Shown here in pieces: positions 25,459 to 39,394 of a DNA stretch of 64,000 bases. Both the position numbers and the translations under genes were made by a program. A model generated the notes under the pieces. That model saw only the letters and a list, made by a program, of their open reading frames with translations, searched no databases and was not told the origin of the DNA. The DNA comes from Camelus dromedarius (taxonomy: Eukaryota): positions 13,022,001 through 13,086,000 of the forward strand of contig NC_087437.1 of NCBI RefSeq assembly GCF_036321535.1, read 5' to 3'. Numbering within the stretch: the stretch's first letter is position 1; each line of letters begins with the position of its first letter.

Positions 25459-26012
25459 TGCCAGGCTGGGTTCAAACTTCCCAGTGTGAGAGTTTTCTAG
25501 GGGGGAGCATCTTAAGCACAGATTCAAGGGCTCGAGCTCTAGATACTGCGATGTGGTTGTCCTGGCAAGGAGGCTAGGAGTCTCCGTGATTCTGGCACCT
25601 TTCATCAGCGGATTGCACTTTGATAAACACAGCCCTGTATTATGTTGCCAGTTAATAGACAGTAGTTTCCTTCAGAACAGCTCTGAGATTATCCTCACAG
25701 TCAGTTTCTGCATCTTCACCTAAGAACTAAAAACAGTAAGATCTACCTCGATCCCTGGTGGGAAGGTGAGAGAAGATGCCGCGTGGAAAGCAGGGTGCCT
25801 GACATGCAGAAACTGCTTTGTAAACGATACCGCTCTTTCCCAGCACAGAAGAAAGGACCGGGACGCTTGGCATTAAGAGCTTCACAGGGTGGCCAGTTTA
25901 TGAAGTGGATCATTTGCCTGCTCTAAATCAGGGCTAAGGGACAGAGGAGAGGTACAGGAGTGGAGTTTGCCTGAGCAAGAAACGGACGTACAGTTAATCA
26001 GAGAAACAAAAA

Positions 26013-26509
26013 TGTAACCAAGCAGGACCCCATAGGACCTTCCCGCCACAGACCCCTCCCCCACATCCTCTGCTTTAGCTCCTCTCTGCAGTACCCAGAT
26101 ACAGTATCCGATGCACATTTCCTGAGCTGTTTTACAGACATGAAACCTCCACCAAATGGAAGATGTTAACTACTTGATAACCATGAGCACAACCAGCCCC
26201 CAGGCTTCCTGGAGCCTAAGGATCGATAATGTTAACCCCTGTCCCACTGGCATGTTACCTCGCCATCAACCAATCACAGAACTGTGCACGAGCTGATCAC
26301 GTACCCTGTGACCCCCGCCTCCCTTACCTGGCCTTTAAAAATGCTTTCCCGAAACCCATCAGGGAGTTTGGGCTTTTTCAGCACCAGCTGTCCCGGACTA
26401 CTTGCAGGGCACATTGCAATCAACGCTGCATTTTCCTGCAGCACAGCTCTGTGTCAGTAGATTGGCTTTACTGTGTGAGGGTGAGTGGGCCCAAGTTTGG
26501 TTGTTAACA
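26013..26509 (+). mobile_element. ERV1 solo LTR, MER34/MER39-like
   Basis: Termini tgtaacc...gttaaca; CCAAT box and cctttaaaa box. Its 3' half is similar to the LTR at 57962-58624 (gtgtcagtagattggctt...cccaagtttggtt). Confidence 0.85.
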
Positions 26510-26574
26510 AAACTAATTGAGAAGTAAAGTAATGATCATCATCCAGAGAGTTCTCCTGAATGCCAACAGCACTG

Positions 26575-26750
26575 TGGGTCAGTGTGTGACTGTGGCGGTC
26601 AATTCCTTCTCTCAGAGCATCACTTCCTCCAGCTATAAAGCTGAGGTGGTAGAAGCATCTTCATAGAGCTGTTGTAAAGATTAAATAAAATCAGAGTGCA
26701 CAGAGGAGTGAGCATGAAACTAGAAAGTTGTCTGACACATCGTAGACGTA
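26575..26750 (+). mobile_element. MIR SINE
   Basis: tgtgtgactgtggc...tctctcagagcatcacttcctc...gttgtaaagattaaataa. Confidence 0.6.
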
Positions 26751-27281
26751 AAAACAGCATCTCTGGAACGAAAACCATACATCATTAGGAGAACTGTTAC
26801 TATCACCATGTCATTGACCCTGAAGACACATATTCCTTTCTAGAAAACCCTTGTGATTAGAACTTTAGGATTTTTGGAAAGGTAATATGGAGCCTTAGAC
26901 ATCAGGGACTGGACAGTACCCTGCAATCAAACACACAAATCTTTCTGCAGTGAAATGGATGAATATTTAAACTAAGTGGTAAACGTAGCCTCCTGTCAGT
27001 TCAGGTCAGGTTTTGCCATCCAATGCTTTACAAAAAGCTTCTAGTTTTTTATAGTTTTTGGATCTCAGATTTGTAGTTTTTGGATTTCAGATGAGGGCCT
27101 GTGGACATAACATTTCCATGAACATCATATTCCTTGGATGCCACTTCTCAAGTCTATCAAGCGGGCAAAACATTAGTAGCAAATACAATGCTACGTCTAA
27201 ATTGAGTCAATATACTTTTATAAAATTGAAGTTTTACAGATTATTAACCAATGGGGTAAATTAGAGGATTGGGTTGCACTC

Positions 27282-27942
27282 TTTTTTCTTTTTTTCCAAA
27301 TTAAAAAAAAAATTTTAAATTTTGTACAATTTTTAAAGGTTACTTTCCACTTAGTTATTACAAAATCTTGGCTATATTGCCCTCTGTTGTATAATACATC
27401 CTTGAACTTACCATATACCCAAAAGCTTGTGCCTCCCATGCCCCCACCCCTATAACAGTTGCCCCTCCTTCCTCACTGGTAACCACTGTTTTTTCCTCTA
27501 TATCTGTGAGTCTGCTTCTATTTTGTTATATTCACTAGTTTATTGTATTTTTTAGATTCCACACATAAGTGATATCATACAGTATTTGTCTTTCTCTATC
27601 TGATTTCTCTTATTTCACTCAGCATAATGTCCTCTAATCCATCCATGTTGCTGCAGATGCCATTATTTCATTCTTTATGGTTGAGTAGTGTTCCATTGTA
27701 TATATATACCACATCTTTTTTATCCATTCATCTGTTGATGGACCCTTAGGTTGCTTCCATATATTAGCTATTATAAATAATGCTGCTGTGAACATTGGGG
27801 TGCATGTATCCTGTCAAATTAGTGTTTTTGTTTTTTTCAGATATGTACCCAGGAGTGGAATTGCAAGTTTTACTTTTTAGTTTTTTTGAGAAACTGCCAT
27901 ACTGTTTTCCACAGTGGCTGCACCAATTTATATTCCCACCAG
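27282..27942 (-). mobile_element. 5'-truncated L1 (3'UTR + ORF2 end)
   Basis: T-rich tail, then ttttagattccacacataagtgatatcatacagtatttgtc...cccaggagtggaattgc...ccacagtggctgcaccaattta. Confidence 0.9.
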
Positions 27943-29164
27943 AAAATTTTAAAAAGTAAAATAAAATCAGAGGCAGTTGAGAAATCAGAGGGAAAAAAAA
28001 TTACTCCATTGTGCAAGCATCCTAAAACATAGCTACTATCATTTTTTGCCCGTTCATTTATAGTTTTTATATAAATCTTTGCCTAAATGTAAATATTTTG
28101 GTCATATAATTTTGTATCTTGCTTTAAAAAGACTATTTTCATCTTCCCACAGTATCTTCACAGTGGCCACTTCGAAGTTTGCATACTATTACATATTACT
28201 ATATTTACCAACAATTCCCTTGTTGGTGGAATTACTATTATCAAAACGCTCTGATGAACCACATTTGCTCTTAGCCAAGTTTGTTATTTCCTGGGATTCA
28301 TCTCAGCATGATGATGTGAAATTTTGGCACAAAAGATGTAAAGATCTTGGATCCTATATTCTCTCTGGTTGCTGCAATTGGGGTGGAAATAATTCTGTTT
28401 ACAAATTTTACAACCAATATCACCTATCTTTCCTCTGTGGGCGTTATTGGTTGAGAATTGATAGATGACCAGGCATATATTAACCCACTTATTTATTTAT
28501 TCAGCAAACATTTATTGAGGACCAACTATATTTCATAACTTATGAATCTACACACAAAGGGGCGAAATCTAGAAAAAGAGTGTTTGCTGAGAAAAACTCA
28601 GCATATAAATGCACTTATTGAAATACTGTTAGCAACTGATTTTGTTTTTAAAGAACAAGAGAATCCATTACTGAGATTTCTAAAATATGTTTCTCTTCTA
28701 TTTTTTTTTCCAGATATAAGCTATTGAAGAGAAAGTAGAATCATAGTGTCAAAGTGAAAAATTAAACCTTCTGCTGAAATATGAGGAATATTAGAACTGG
28801 GGGAGAGAGAGAGATATGCGATTGAATGTAAATGATTCCGTCTGCTGCAGTAAAACAATTTATGTTTCTCCATTCTGCAAGTATTTCCATCCTTCTAAAA
28901 TGATGACCCTTTCATTTTCAATAAGCTCAAACCTTATGTAAAAGCCAGCCACAGAATTACAAGAAGTTTCAAAATTTATTGAGGGACTGCAAGAAGATTA
29001 CCTACTGTGTGAAGAGGAGAGGCACTAAACTTCAGGTGACCAAGCCATTGATGACCTGAGGCCATTGGTGCTAGCTTGGCACCAGTGTGGTCCCGGTGCT
29101 GGTTGGGAGAAAGAAACCACTCTCCATCATCACTGGAAAGCAACTAGGGCTGCAGTTCTTCCCC

Positions 29165-29560
29165 CTTCCCTCTGCCCACTCCCACTGTCATGTTATTTTG
29201 CAGTCCCCTCCCAATACGAGCAGCATGCCCTGCACAGCCCTGAGACACCAGGGTCAGCCACAGAACTCGCTCTGGCCAATGGGATATTAGCAACCAAAGC
29301 AAGCAGAAGAGGCTTGACATGGGCTTGTGCGTTGGGACTTACCTTCTCTCTTGAACCTCTACCATCACCATGAAAACAAGTCTAGCATAGCTTGCTGGTC
29401 TCAGGCAAAGGATGAAGGACAGGTGGAGCAGTGGAGACTGGATCAACTTGAGTTTAGCCTGGAGCAGCCAAACCCAGAAGAGTGAGAGATCCCATATACA
29501 GACAGTAGGCTGCATAGCTGACTCCCAGTTGACCTCAGCTGCATAAGCAGAGAAAGTCTA
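29165..29560 (+). mobile_element. MaLR LTR, MLT1G/H-like
   Basis: ctcgctctggccaatgggatattagca...aagcagaagaggcttg...caccatgaaaacaag. Confidence 0.65.
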
Positions 29561-29759
29561 TCATATGCCAGCAAACTCACACTGCATACATTGACTTTTA
29601 GACCTTTGGCTGCTCGGCTGGCTCTGGGAATGTGGTCTAGGGGTTGGAGGAACACTCAGGAACCTCAACCTGCTTAATTACTAAGATCAGTGTTCTCACT
29701 GAATTCAAGGGTTGAGTGATATAATTTGAAAAGAAATGGTCCAAAATCCAGAAAAACTG

Positions 29760-29930
29760 AATTCAAGTTCTAATTTTGCAATATACTGGCTCTATGTTGC
29801 ACTTTGGATAGATCCTTAAATTTTCTAATGTCAGCCTCCTCGTTTCTAAAACGGGGATAACTACACTTGCTTCAGGCATTTGATAATAATTAAATAGCAT
29901 CACACAGGTAAGATGTATGTTTAAAGCAAA
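29760..29930 (+). mobile_element. MIR SINE
   Basis: tcagcctcctcgtttctaaaacggggataacta. Confidence 0.55.
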
Positions 29931-29935
29931 ATATG

Positions 29936-30388
29936 TGTTATGGGTCACACTGTATTCCCCAGAAAGATAATGACATTCTAACCCCAAGTACCTTTAAATG
30001 GGACCTCGTTTGGAAATAAGGTTATTCAGACACAGTCAAGTTTAGATTAGGCAGGCTCTAATCCAATGACTGGTGTCCTTATAATTAGAGAGAGATTTGG
30101 AGACATGCACAGAGAGAAGGCCTTGTGACTATGGAGGCAGACATTGGAGTGATGCAACTGTGGACCAGTGATGCCAAGGACTGCCACTAAGAATTGTTGG
30201 CAACTACCAGAAGCTAGGAAGAAGCAAGGAAAGATTCCTTCCAAAAGCCTTCAGAGGGTGCATGGCCCTGCAACTTGACTTTAGACATTCAGCTTCCCAA
30301 ACTGTCAGTTAATAACAGATAACTTTCTGTTGTTGTAACCCAGTAAGTTTGCTGTGCTTTGTTATGACAGCCCTGGGGAACCAATAGG
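29936..30388 (+). mobile_element. MaLR LTR, MLT1C-like
   Basis: tgttatgggt...tttggaaataagg...ctaatccaatgactggtgtccttata...ggcaactaccagaagctaggaaga...tttgttatgacagccct. Confidence 0.88.
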
Positions 30389-30721
30389 ATGTAGATGTTA
30401 GGTATTGTGCTAAACTATGAATTTTACGAGGAGCTGACTTACTCATGAGTATGTGTGACCCACCATCGGGGACTTCAGAAGTACTGAGGGGTAGGGTGCT
30501 TTTTCCACAGGTGAGGTAACTGAGCTTGTGTAATTTGAGTATTCATATTAACTTGAATTCAGTTGCATCCACAGAAGAGTGAAGCTCAGGGGATTTCTCA
30601 TTACTTAGTGGAGTAATAATATATAAAATATTTAATAATCACTAATATTTATCGAGGTCCAAGGACTGTTCTCAGTGTTTTGATATATAATTCATTTAAA
30701 ATCCCCAATAACACTGTGAAG

Positions 30722-31170
30722 TACTGGATCACTCAGGGTTTAACCAGGTCTGATCAGGAAAGCCGTACCTTGAATATTTAAAACAGAGGGGATTTAATAC
30801 ACCGGTGATGGAATTGATGGGAGGCCAATAGGAGATGTGGAAACACCTTAGATCCACTGCATCAGAAAGCTGCTACCATAGCTGGGCTGGAAGGACAAAG
30901 GAAGGAGGCAGTGCTGCAGGGAGCCAGGGGCAGGGGTCACTAGGTCAAGGTCAAGTTGGAACCATAGCAAGCCCGTCCCAAGAAAGCTGGAGCTGTGGAG
31001 GGAGTGCAGTCAGTGGCGGGAGGCTGACTGGGGATGGGCAGGAGGGAGAGATGTCGCCTGGCTTTTTCCTTCTTCTTACCCTCTCCCATTCAGGTCACCC
31101 ACTGGCTGAACCTGGTGGAAGCCCCTTTGCGACACAGAGCAGAGCAGAGAATCAACAGTTCCAGGAGCAG
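30722..31170 (-). mobile_element. ERVL LTR (LTR41/LTR50-like) within a MIR
   Basis: tcagggtt...aaacagaggggatttaatac...aagctgctacca...gggctggaaggacaaagg...cactggctgaacct. MIR pieces at ~30620-30720 and ~31180-31290. Confidence 0.55.
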
Positions 31171-33322
31171 AATTATGTGTGTACTACTAATACTTCATTT
31201 TCAAGACGACAAACTAAGGAGCAGAAGGGTAAAGCCACATGCCTGAGTGACCTGGAGCTGAGCTTTAAACCCGGATGGCCTGGCTCCACCCTGCGCTCCT
31301 GGCCACGGCACAACAGTGCTGCACTAGATTTAGGAGGAAAGTGGAGGCATGGAGCCCAGTGGGAAGATTACTGTGATTGTCCATGGGTCAGGAATTAAGG
31401 GCCTGGATTAGGTTGGGATCTCTGAAATTAAAAATAAATAGGTTTCTTTGAGAAATATGGCCAAGGCAAGAAGTATTTGTCTAAGAAAATGAGAAAGGAA
31501 ATAGCTTTTGGTCATAAAAACTATTTGAAAACAAAGACAATTTATTTAACTGCAACAGTATTCAATTTCAAGTCAGAAAAAAAGAGGGGCAGTCTGATGA
31601 GATTAAAAAAAATCCTGTTATCATTATAACAAATTGCGCCTCCATGGGATAATTTGAGACGCCCCTGAAAGTCTGCATATTCCTTTTCTGAAACTTTTTT
31701 CATCTACCTCAAGACACATTCTGGTAATGCTGTTCTAAAAAAAACAGTAGTAGTCTAAGAATTATTTTTTTTCTTTGCAACTTGAAACCATGAGCCTAAG
31801 TTGAAAGTAATAAAATTAGAAGTGTTGTTTTATGGACAATTTACTGCCTAGTCTAAAGGGTATAAAATAAAATAAGGAACAGTTAATGAATTGGACTAGG
31901 AAAAGCTGTTGCATTTGTCTTTCTTTTTAAAATAATTTGTTAGCTAAGTTTAATTAAGAAAATCAACAAGTCTGCTGGAAACTGATAATTACTTGAATTA
32001 TGGGTGATACAAGTCTTTTCTAAAAATATAAGTTGCAAAAAGGAAAAAACCAGCTAAAAGAAACATAAATGTTCTTTCTAGTGGAAGTGGCATATGGCAG
32101 AGAGACTGCATTTACAGATTAAGTAAAGCAGATATTGCAATTTAATCAAAACAAATGCCAATCTGTATAATTTAGGTAACCCTGAATTTCCTTTGACTTC
32201 AATAACTGCATTTTCCCATTGCCCTGAATTATCCACATGATCGCTTTAACAATCTTCTTTACCCTGCCTGTGGAGATAAAAACAGGGTGTGCTGGTTTCC
32301 ATTTCATGCAGGTGAGCTGAAGCCAGACTATCCAGTACATGCCACTTGAGCTATCCTTCAACATTAGAGATTATTTAATGTCTACCTTCTCTGCATCAGT
32401 AACGGAAGACCAAAAGAATGCGTATGGGTCTTTGGTTTCAGACAATAGAAGTATGTTGGTTACAGGGGTCTGCTGGTTTGAATTATGCAACATTAACAAA
32501 TCCCTGTCAGTTTAATGTATTCAAGCATAGTTTGGACAAACATTGTGCAGCCCCATTGTTGGACTAATTAATTGAGACTCCTTTCAATTCTGTGATTATA
32601 TAAATATATGAAATCTCAAGACTTTGTCTCTATAAGCATGACTGAATCTTCTGGGACTGAAAACAATTACTTGATGGCTTTATCTTCTGTGGCAGTAATC
32701 AATAAAGTGACCCTGAAGGAAATAAAGCATGTGTTCATTTGGTTCCACACTATTTCAGTTCTTATTACACACTTTTGAATAAAAGTGTTGGTTAAAGACC
32801 TACTTCTTTGACATAAACTGTAGAATTCACCTAAGAGTACAGATTTAGACAACAAAGCCAAATGGACTTTACTGGGACCAGTGGGTCCAAACCTGGAACA
32901 CTCTTAGAAGCTCATGAATATAATAATGGGAGCCACAGAATTATGCTCAACATTTTGAAAAAGCTGAAGTAAATTTTAAAATAAGAAGAAATTTAGAAAT
33001 TACAATATCCAATTGAAAGTTCTGTATGCCTGTGTCCAATAGATATTGGGAAATCCAAACTTAAAAGCAGTCTGCTGGTGGAGAAAAAAAATTAAATACA
33101 GGGTTTATGAAAGAGATGTGAGAAAACATGCCTTTAATGTTGAAAGGAATCAGAATCTTGCCGAATTCCTTGTTTTTCTCAGATGAGACAACTCAGGTCA
33201 GAACTGTAGTGCATCTTATCTAAAGTCACAGAAATCTGTAATATCCTTGCTTGTCCTGGATATGAACTCTAGAGATTAAAGTGAACAAAGACCAGAATTC
33301 ACACATCAAAAACTTTCTGAAG

Positions 33323-36300
33323 GTGGGTGTGTGGCCAAGATGACAGAGTAGAAAGACCCAGAGCTCACCTCCTCCATGGGCACTCAAAAATAATGAGAAT
33401 TTATGGAACAATTACTGATGAGAATGACCTCAAGACAAATAGGAAAGATCTACTACAACTAAAGATGTAAAGAAGGAGCAACAATGAGATGGGCAGGAGG
33501 GCTGGAAGTACAATATAGTCAAGACATCTCTGGATGGGTGACTCACAAACAGGAGAATAATCACAATTGCAGAAATTCTTCCTAAGCAATGAGAGGTGGG
33601 ATCCTGTCTCGGACTTCCCAACCTGGGCATCCTGTACCAGGAAGATGAGCCCCCAGATCATTTGGCTTTTAAGAACAGTGAGGCTTGCATACAGGAAAGC
33701 AAGAGGGCTGTGGGAAATAGAGACTCCAGTCTTAAAGGGTACATGCAAAATCTCACATACTCAGAGTCCCAGCCAGAGGCAGAAGTTTGAAAGGAGCCTA
33801 GGTTGAACCCACTTGCTGATCTTGGAGAGTCTCACAGAGAGGGAGGAGGCAACTGGGACTCCCCTTGGAGGCATAGATGTAGGTGGTAGTCATTATGGGG
33901 AGCTCACTCTACCACAAGAACACTGGTGTTGACAAGCACCATTTTGCAGTCTACCTTCTTGTCTATTAGCTCTGGGGGCTTACCCACCAGCAAGCCAGCA
34001 CCAGCCCTGAGACTCCCAGGCTATTCAGCCAGCTGCACCAGGACCTGGCCCCACCCACCAGTGGGCCAATAGCTACCACATGAAGCAGGGCCTGGCAGCC
34101 AGCCAGCCAGGTTGGGAACCAACTCTGTCTACAAGTCCATCTACAGTAGTTGCCCCACCACAACAGAAGGGCCCATGCAGACTTCATAGGAGGTGTCCCT
34201 AGAGCGTATAACTGATGACCAGAGGGGAGTGAGTGTGCTGCTCAGCCCTGTAGGACATCTCCTGCACAAGACTACTTCTCCAAGACTGGGCAACATTTGA
34301 AAAAAAAAAAAATCTCATTGGTAAAGTCAAATATATAGAAAAGGTGTTAGATCAACCATATATAAAGCTAGTAGGAGGGTAAAAGACAAAAGTAGTAAAG
34401 TCAACTATATCTACAATAAGTAGTTAAGGAATATATGAAACAAAGCTATGTAAAATATTATGTCAAAACATTAAATCTGGGGAGTAAAAATGAAGGGTTG
34501 TTAGAATGCTTTCAAACTGAAGATACCAAAAACTTAAAATCATCTTTATCTTTCTATTTATATGTGAACTTTATGGTAACCCAAAGCCAAAAACATTTAA
34601 TAGATACACACGAAAGGAAAAGGAATCCAAACATAACACTAAAGATAGTCACTAAATGATGAGGGAATAGCTCAAAGGGAGAAAAAAGGAACAAAAAAAG
34701 AACAACAAAAGCAATCTGAAGACAATTAATAAAATGGCAATAAGTTCATACCTATCAATAATTACTTTAAATCTAAATGGATTCCAATTTAAAGACATCG
34801 CCTGGCTGAATGGATAAAAACACAAGACTCTATAATAAGACAAGACTCATAAGCTGCCTATAAGAGACTCACTTCAGATCTAAAGACACATACAGACTAA
34901 ATGTGAGGGAACAGAAAAATTTACTCCATGCGAATGGAAATAGAAAAAAAAATGGGGGTAGCAATAGTTACATATGACAAAATAGGCTTCTAAAATAGGA
35001 AGAGACAAAAAAGAATAATGACAAAGGGACTGATCCAACAAGAAGATATAAAAATTGTAACTATATATGCACCCAACTTAGGAGCACTTAAATACATAAG
35101 CCAAATATTAGCAGACATAAAGTAAGAAAGCAACAGTAGCATAGTAATAGTAGAAGACTTTAATATCCCACTTATACCAATGGACAGATCCTCCACATAA
35201 AAAAATCAATGAGAAAACACTGGCCTTAAATAACACGTTAGAGCTGATGGATCAGCAACACCCTGATACAAAAACCAGACAAAGATATTACACACAAAAA
35301 AATTACAGACCAGTATCACTGATGAACACAAAAGCAAAAAACCTTAACACAACATTAGCAAATAGAATTCAACAATACATTAAAGGACCATATACCATGA
35401 CCAAGAAGGATTTATCCCAAGGATGTAGTGATCTTTCAGTATTCCCAGATCAATCAATGTGATACACCACATTAACAAACTGAAGGGAAAAAAAAATCAC
35501 ATGATCATCTCAATAGATGCAGAAAAAGCTTTTGACAAAGTTCAACATTCATTTATGATGAAAACTCTTCACAAAGTGGGCACAGAGGAAACATACTTCA
35601 AAATAAAGGCCATATATGACAAGTCCACAGTTAACATCATATTAAATAGTGAAAAGCTGAAAGCATTTCCGTTAAGATCAGTAACAGGAAATACCACCAA
35701 AAAACTATTAGAACTCATCAGTTAATTTGATAAATTTGCAGGATACAAAATTAATATGTGGAAATTGGTTATATTTCTATACACTAGCAATGAACTATCA
35801 GGAAGAGAAATTAAGAAAATAATCCAGTTTACAATCACCTGAAAAAGAATAAAATACCTAGGAATAAATCTAACCAAGGAGGTAAAAGACCTATACTCAG
35901 AAAACTATAAGACACTACTGAAAAAAAACTGAAGATGACACAAACAGATGGAAAGATATACCGTGTTCATGGATTGGAAGAATTAATATTGTTAAAATGA
36001 CCATACTACCCAAGGCAATGTATGGACTCAATGCAATTCTTATCAAAATATCAATGACGTATTTCATAGACCTAAGACAAATAATTCTAAAATTTGCATA
36101 GAAACACAGAAACTCTCAATAGCCTAAACAATATTGAGGGAAAAAAAAAGTGAAGTTGGAGGTATCACACTTCCTGATTTCAAACTGTACTACAAAACTA
36201 GTCATCAGTACAATAAGGTGCACAGAAGCAGACATGTAGATCAATGGAACAGAATAGAGAGCCCAGGAAAGAACCCACACTTATATGACCAATAAATCTA

Positions 36301-37667
36301 TGACAAAGGAATCAAGAATATATAATGGGGACAAGACAGTCTCTTCAATAAATGGTGTTGTGAAAACTATACAGCTACATGGAACAAAATCAAACTGGAC
36401 TACTTTATCATACCATATACAAAAATAAACTCAGAATGGATTAAAATATTTTTTTGGATATGTCTCTTCAAGAAAGGGAAACCAAAGCAAAAATAAACAA
36501 ATGGGATTATATAAAACTAAACAGCTTTTGCACAGCAAAGAAAATTATCAACAAAACAAAAAGGCAACCTGCTGAATGAGAAAAGATGTTTGCAAATGAT
36601 ACATCTGATGAGTTATTATCCAATATATGCAAAGAACTCATACAACTCAATATCAAAACAACAACAAAAACAACCACCATCAATCCAATTAAAACATGGA
36701 CAGAGGACCTGAATAGACATTTTTCCAAAGAAGACATACAAATGGCTAGTAGGCACATGATAAGATTCTCAACATCACTAATCATCAGGGAAATGTAAAT
36801 CAAAACCACAATGAGACCTGCCAGAAACCTCACACCTGTAAGAATGGTTATCATCCAAAAGACGAGAAAAAGCAAGTGTTGGTGAGGATGTGGAGAAAAG
36901 GGAGCCCTCATGCACTGTTGGTAGGAAGGTAAATTGATGCAACCACTTTGGAAAACAGTATGGAGTTCCTCAAAAAATTAAAAATAGAACTATCATATGA
37001 TCCCGCAATTTCACTTCTGGGTATTTACCTGAAGAAAACAAAACCCTAATTTTAAAAGATATATGTACCCCTATATTCATAGAAGCATTATTTACAATGG
37101 TCAAGATATGGAAGCAACTAAAGTGTCAATCACATCATGGATAAATATATTATATATATTTATGTATATAAAACAATGGAATGTTACTTAGCTATAAAAA
37201 ATGAAATCTTGCCATTTGCAATAACATGCATGGGTCTAGAGGGTATTATGCTAAGGGAAATCAGTCAGGCAGAGAAAGACAAATACTTCATGATCTAATC
37301 TATATATAGAACCTAAAAAACAACAAATAAACAAAGAAAATAAAATGAAAACAGACTTATGGGTACAAAGAATAAATGGGTTGTTACCAGAAGGAAGAGG
37401 ACTGAGGAGGGTGTGAACTAGGTGAAGGGGATTAAGAGGTACAAACTTCCATTTATGTGATAAATAAGTTATTTAATACAATATACAGCATCAGAATATG
37501 GTCAATAATATTGTAATAACTTTGTGTGGGAACAGATGGTTACTAGACTTATTATGGTGATCATTTCATAATGTATGCAAATGTCAAATCATTATGCAGT
37601 ACATCCGAAACGAACACAATATTGTAAGTCAATTACATTTCAATACAAAAATCTTTTCATAAAAAAG
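33323..37667 (+). mobile_element. L1 with 5'UTR and 3' tail but multiple internal deletions (no ORF1, fragmented ORF2)
   Basis: 5' end ccaagatgacagagtagaaagac. Decayed ORF2 start at 34734 (ATGGCAATAAG, ...IITLNLNG). RT remnants ([21 protein letters not shown]), C-terminus, 3'UTR and A tail. Candidate TSD aaaaactttctga (33308-33320) / aagaactttttga (37665-37677). Confidence 0.92.
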
Positions 37668-38162
37668 AACTTTTTGAGAGAGAAACATTAAATGTAGGAA
37701 GTTCTCTTATCCCCAGTAACATATGAATTTATTCACAGCAATTTATATGCAGAAAAATATTTTTTCATAAATATTTTCAAAATTGTATCTTTCACTATTA
37801 TCAAGATTTATCTTCCGTAGAAAGTTTCAAAATAAAGGTACAGTTTACCCTTGGTGAACCTGTGTGTATATATATTCCTTTGTATATGGTCACCTTTTAT
37901 AGATAAAGCTTTGAGTACATGAGGGTGTTTAGAAGCTACAAAGATAATATAAAGCCAATTAGCCTGTTATTGTGAAACTGTAAAGACTAAAAAGAGTGTG
38001 CAGAAAATAAACTCAAGCTCCAAACTGAAGAAGTGGATAATTGAGGCAAAGCGTCTAAATAAAGTGGTTTATAGAAAACTTGTTAGTAAAAATATAACAG
38101 ATACAAACAGAGTACTTAGATGCACTTCAGTATTTTCAAGGTGCTTTACTTCATCTAAGACA

Positions 38163-38640
38163 TTCTATTAGTCAGGGTCCATATGGGGAAACGTAAACCA
38201 TACCAGGTATTTCCATTTGAGGCAATTTAATACAGAAACTGGTTATGAAGGTGTGGGAAGGCTCAAAGTGCAAAAAGTAGATGCCAAAGTTACCTAGATA
38301 AAGAACTGGCAGTGAGCGGCTACAACAGCAGGGGATAAAAAGAGGGAGATTCACCAAACCTAGGGGCCTGGCCCTGTGTGGCTGGCGCTTGAACTTCTGA
38401 GGGGGTTACAGTGTGGCTGATGTGGGCGTGGCTGGCCGTCTGTCCGGGCGCCTGCTCTGTGGACTGGTTCTGGAACTGCCAAAAGAGTCTGGAGGTTGAA
38501 GCTACTACTGTCTTCTGTTATCCTAGTGATGCTGACTGGAACTGGAAACAGCAAGAAGTCCTTTTTCCTCTCTTCCCACCTGCCAGGCTCCCTGCCAGGC
38601 TCCCGTTGGCAGAGCCCACCAAAACACCCGGGATGGTGGA
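38163..38640 (-). mobile_element. ERVL LTR (LTR50/LTR52-like)
   Basis: tattagtcagggtcc...aaaccataccaggtatttc...aatttaatacagaaactggtta...ctcccgttggcagagccc. Confidence 0.55.
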
Positions 38641-38990
38641 GTGTGGGGTCTGAGGTTCCCACGGCCTACCTCAAGCATCCCAGAGTCCTTACGGGTGGGT
38701 CTGATGCTGAGAACTCTAGGTAAGTCACCTGCACAGACGTCACCGATCTGGAGACATCTCATTATCTATCCCTTAGGAAGAAAAACTGACAAACCACAGC
38801 ATAAACCTTTAACGCCTTAAAGTTTTCCCCCAAATTATTGCCCTCTGTGCTATCAAAGTGTTGGAAAGAAACATTTCTTAAAGAGTTTTTTGCTGTTGTC
38901 TCTTGGATTTTGTTCCCTAAGATCCATTCTTCAAGCTTTGATGTTGGCACTTTCATAATAATCCACTGAAGGTTTTCAAACAACAACCAG

Positions 38991-39394
38991 CGTGATGGGC
39001 TGAACTGTGTGCCCATATCCTAAACTTGCATGTTGAAGCCCTAACCCCCAGGACTTCAGAATGTGACTGTGTTTTGGAGATAAGACCTTTAAGGAACTGA
39101 TTAAGGTAAAATGAGGCTGTTAGGGTGGGCCTTAATCCAATCTGAGTGATGTCCTCATAAAAGGAGATTTGGACACTCAGAAGAGAGACACCAAGGATGC
39201 CAGTGCACAGAGGACAGATCACGTGAGGACGCGGAAAGAAGGCAGCCGTCTGCAGCCAAGTCTCTAGAGAAACCAACCCTGCTGGTCCCTTGATCTTGGA
39301 CGTCTAGACTCCAGAACTTTGAGACATAAATTTCTGTTGTTTAAGCCACCCAGTATGTGGTATTTTGTTTTGACAGCCCTAGCAGACTAACACA
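38991..39394 (+). mobile_element. MaLR solo LTR, MLT1B-like, with TSD
   Basis: gtgatgggctgaactgtgt...ataaatttctgttgtttaagccacccag...cagccctagcagactaacaca. Perfect 5-bp TSD accag (38986-38990, 39395-39399). Confidence 0.93.

Noticed and set aside
30835..31398. Longest ORF in the track (187 aa)
   Set aside because: It runs through an ERVL LTR remnant and a MIR, with G/S-rich composition and no protein family signal.
34734..37310. L1 ORF2 as a functional CDS
   Set aside because: Many stops and frameshifts, and the RT catalytic motif is deleted. All L1-like ORFs in the track are decayed remnants.
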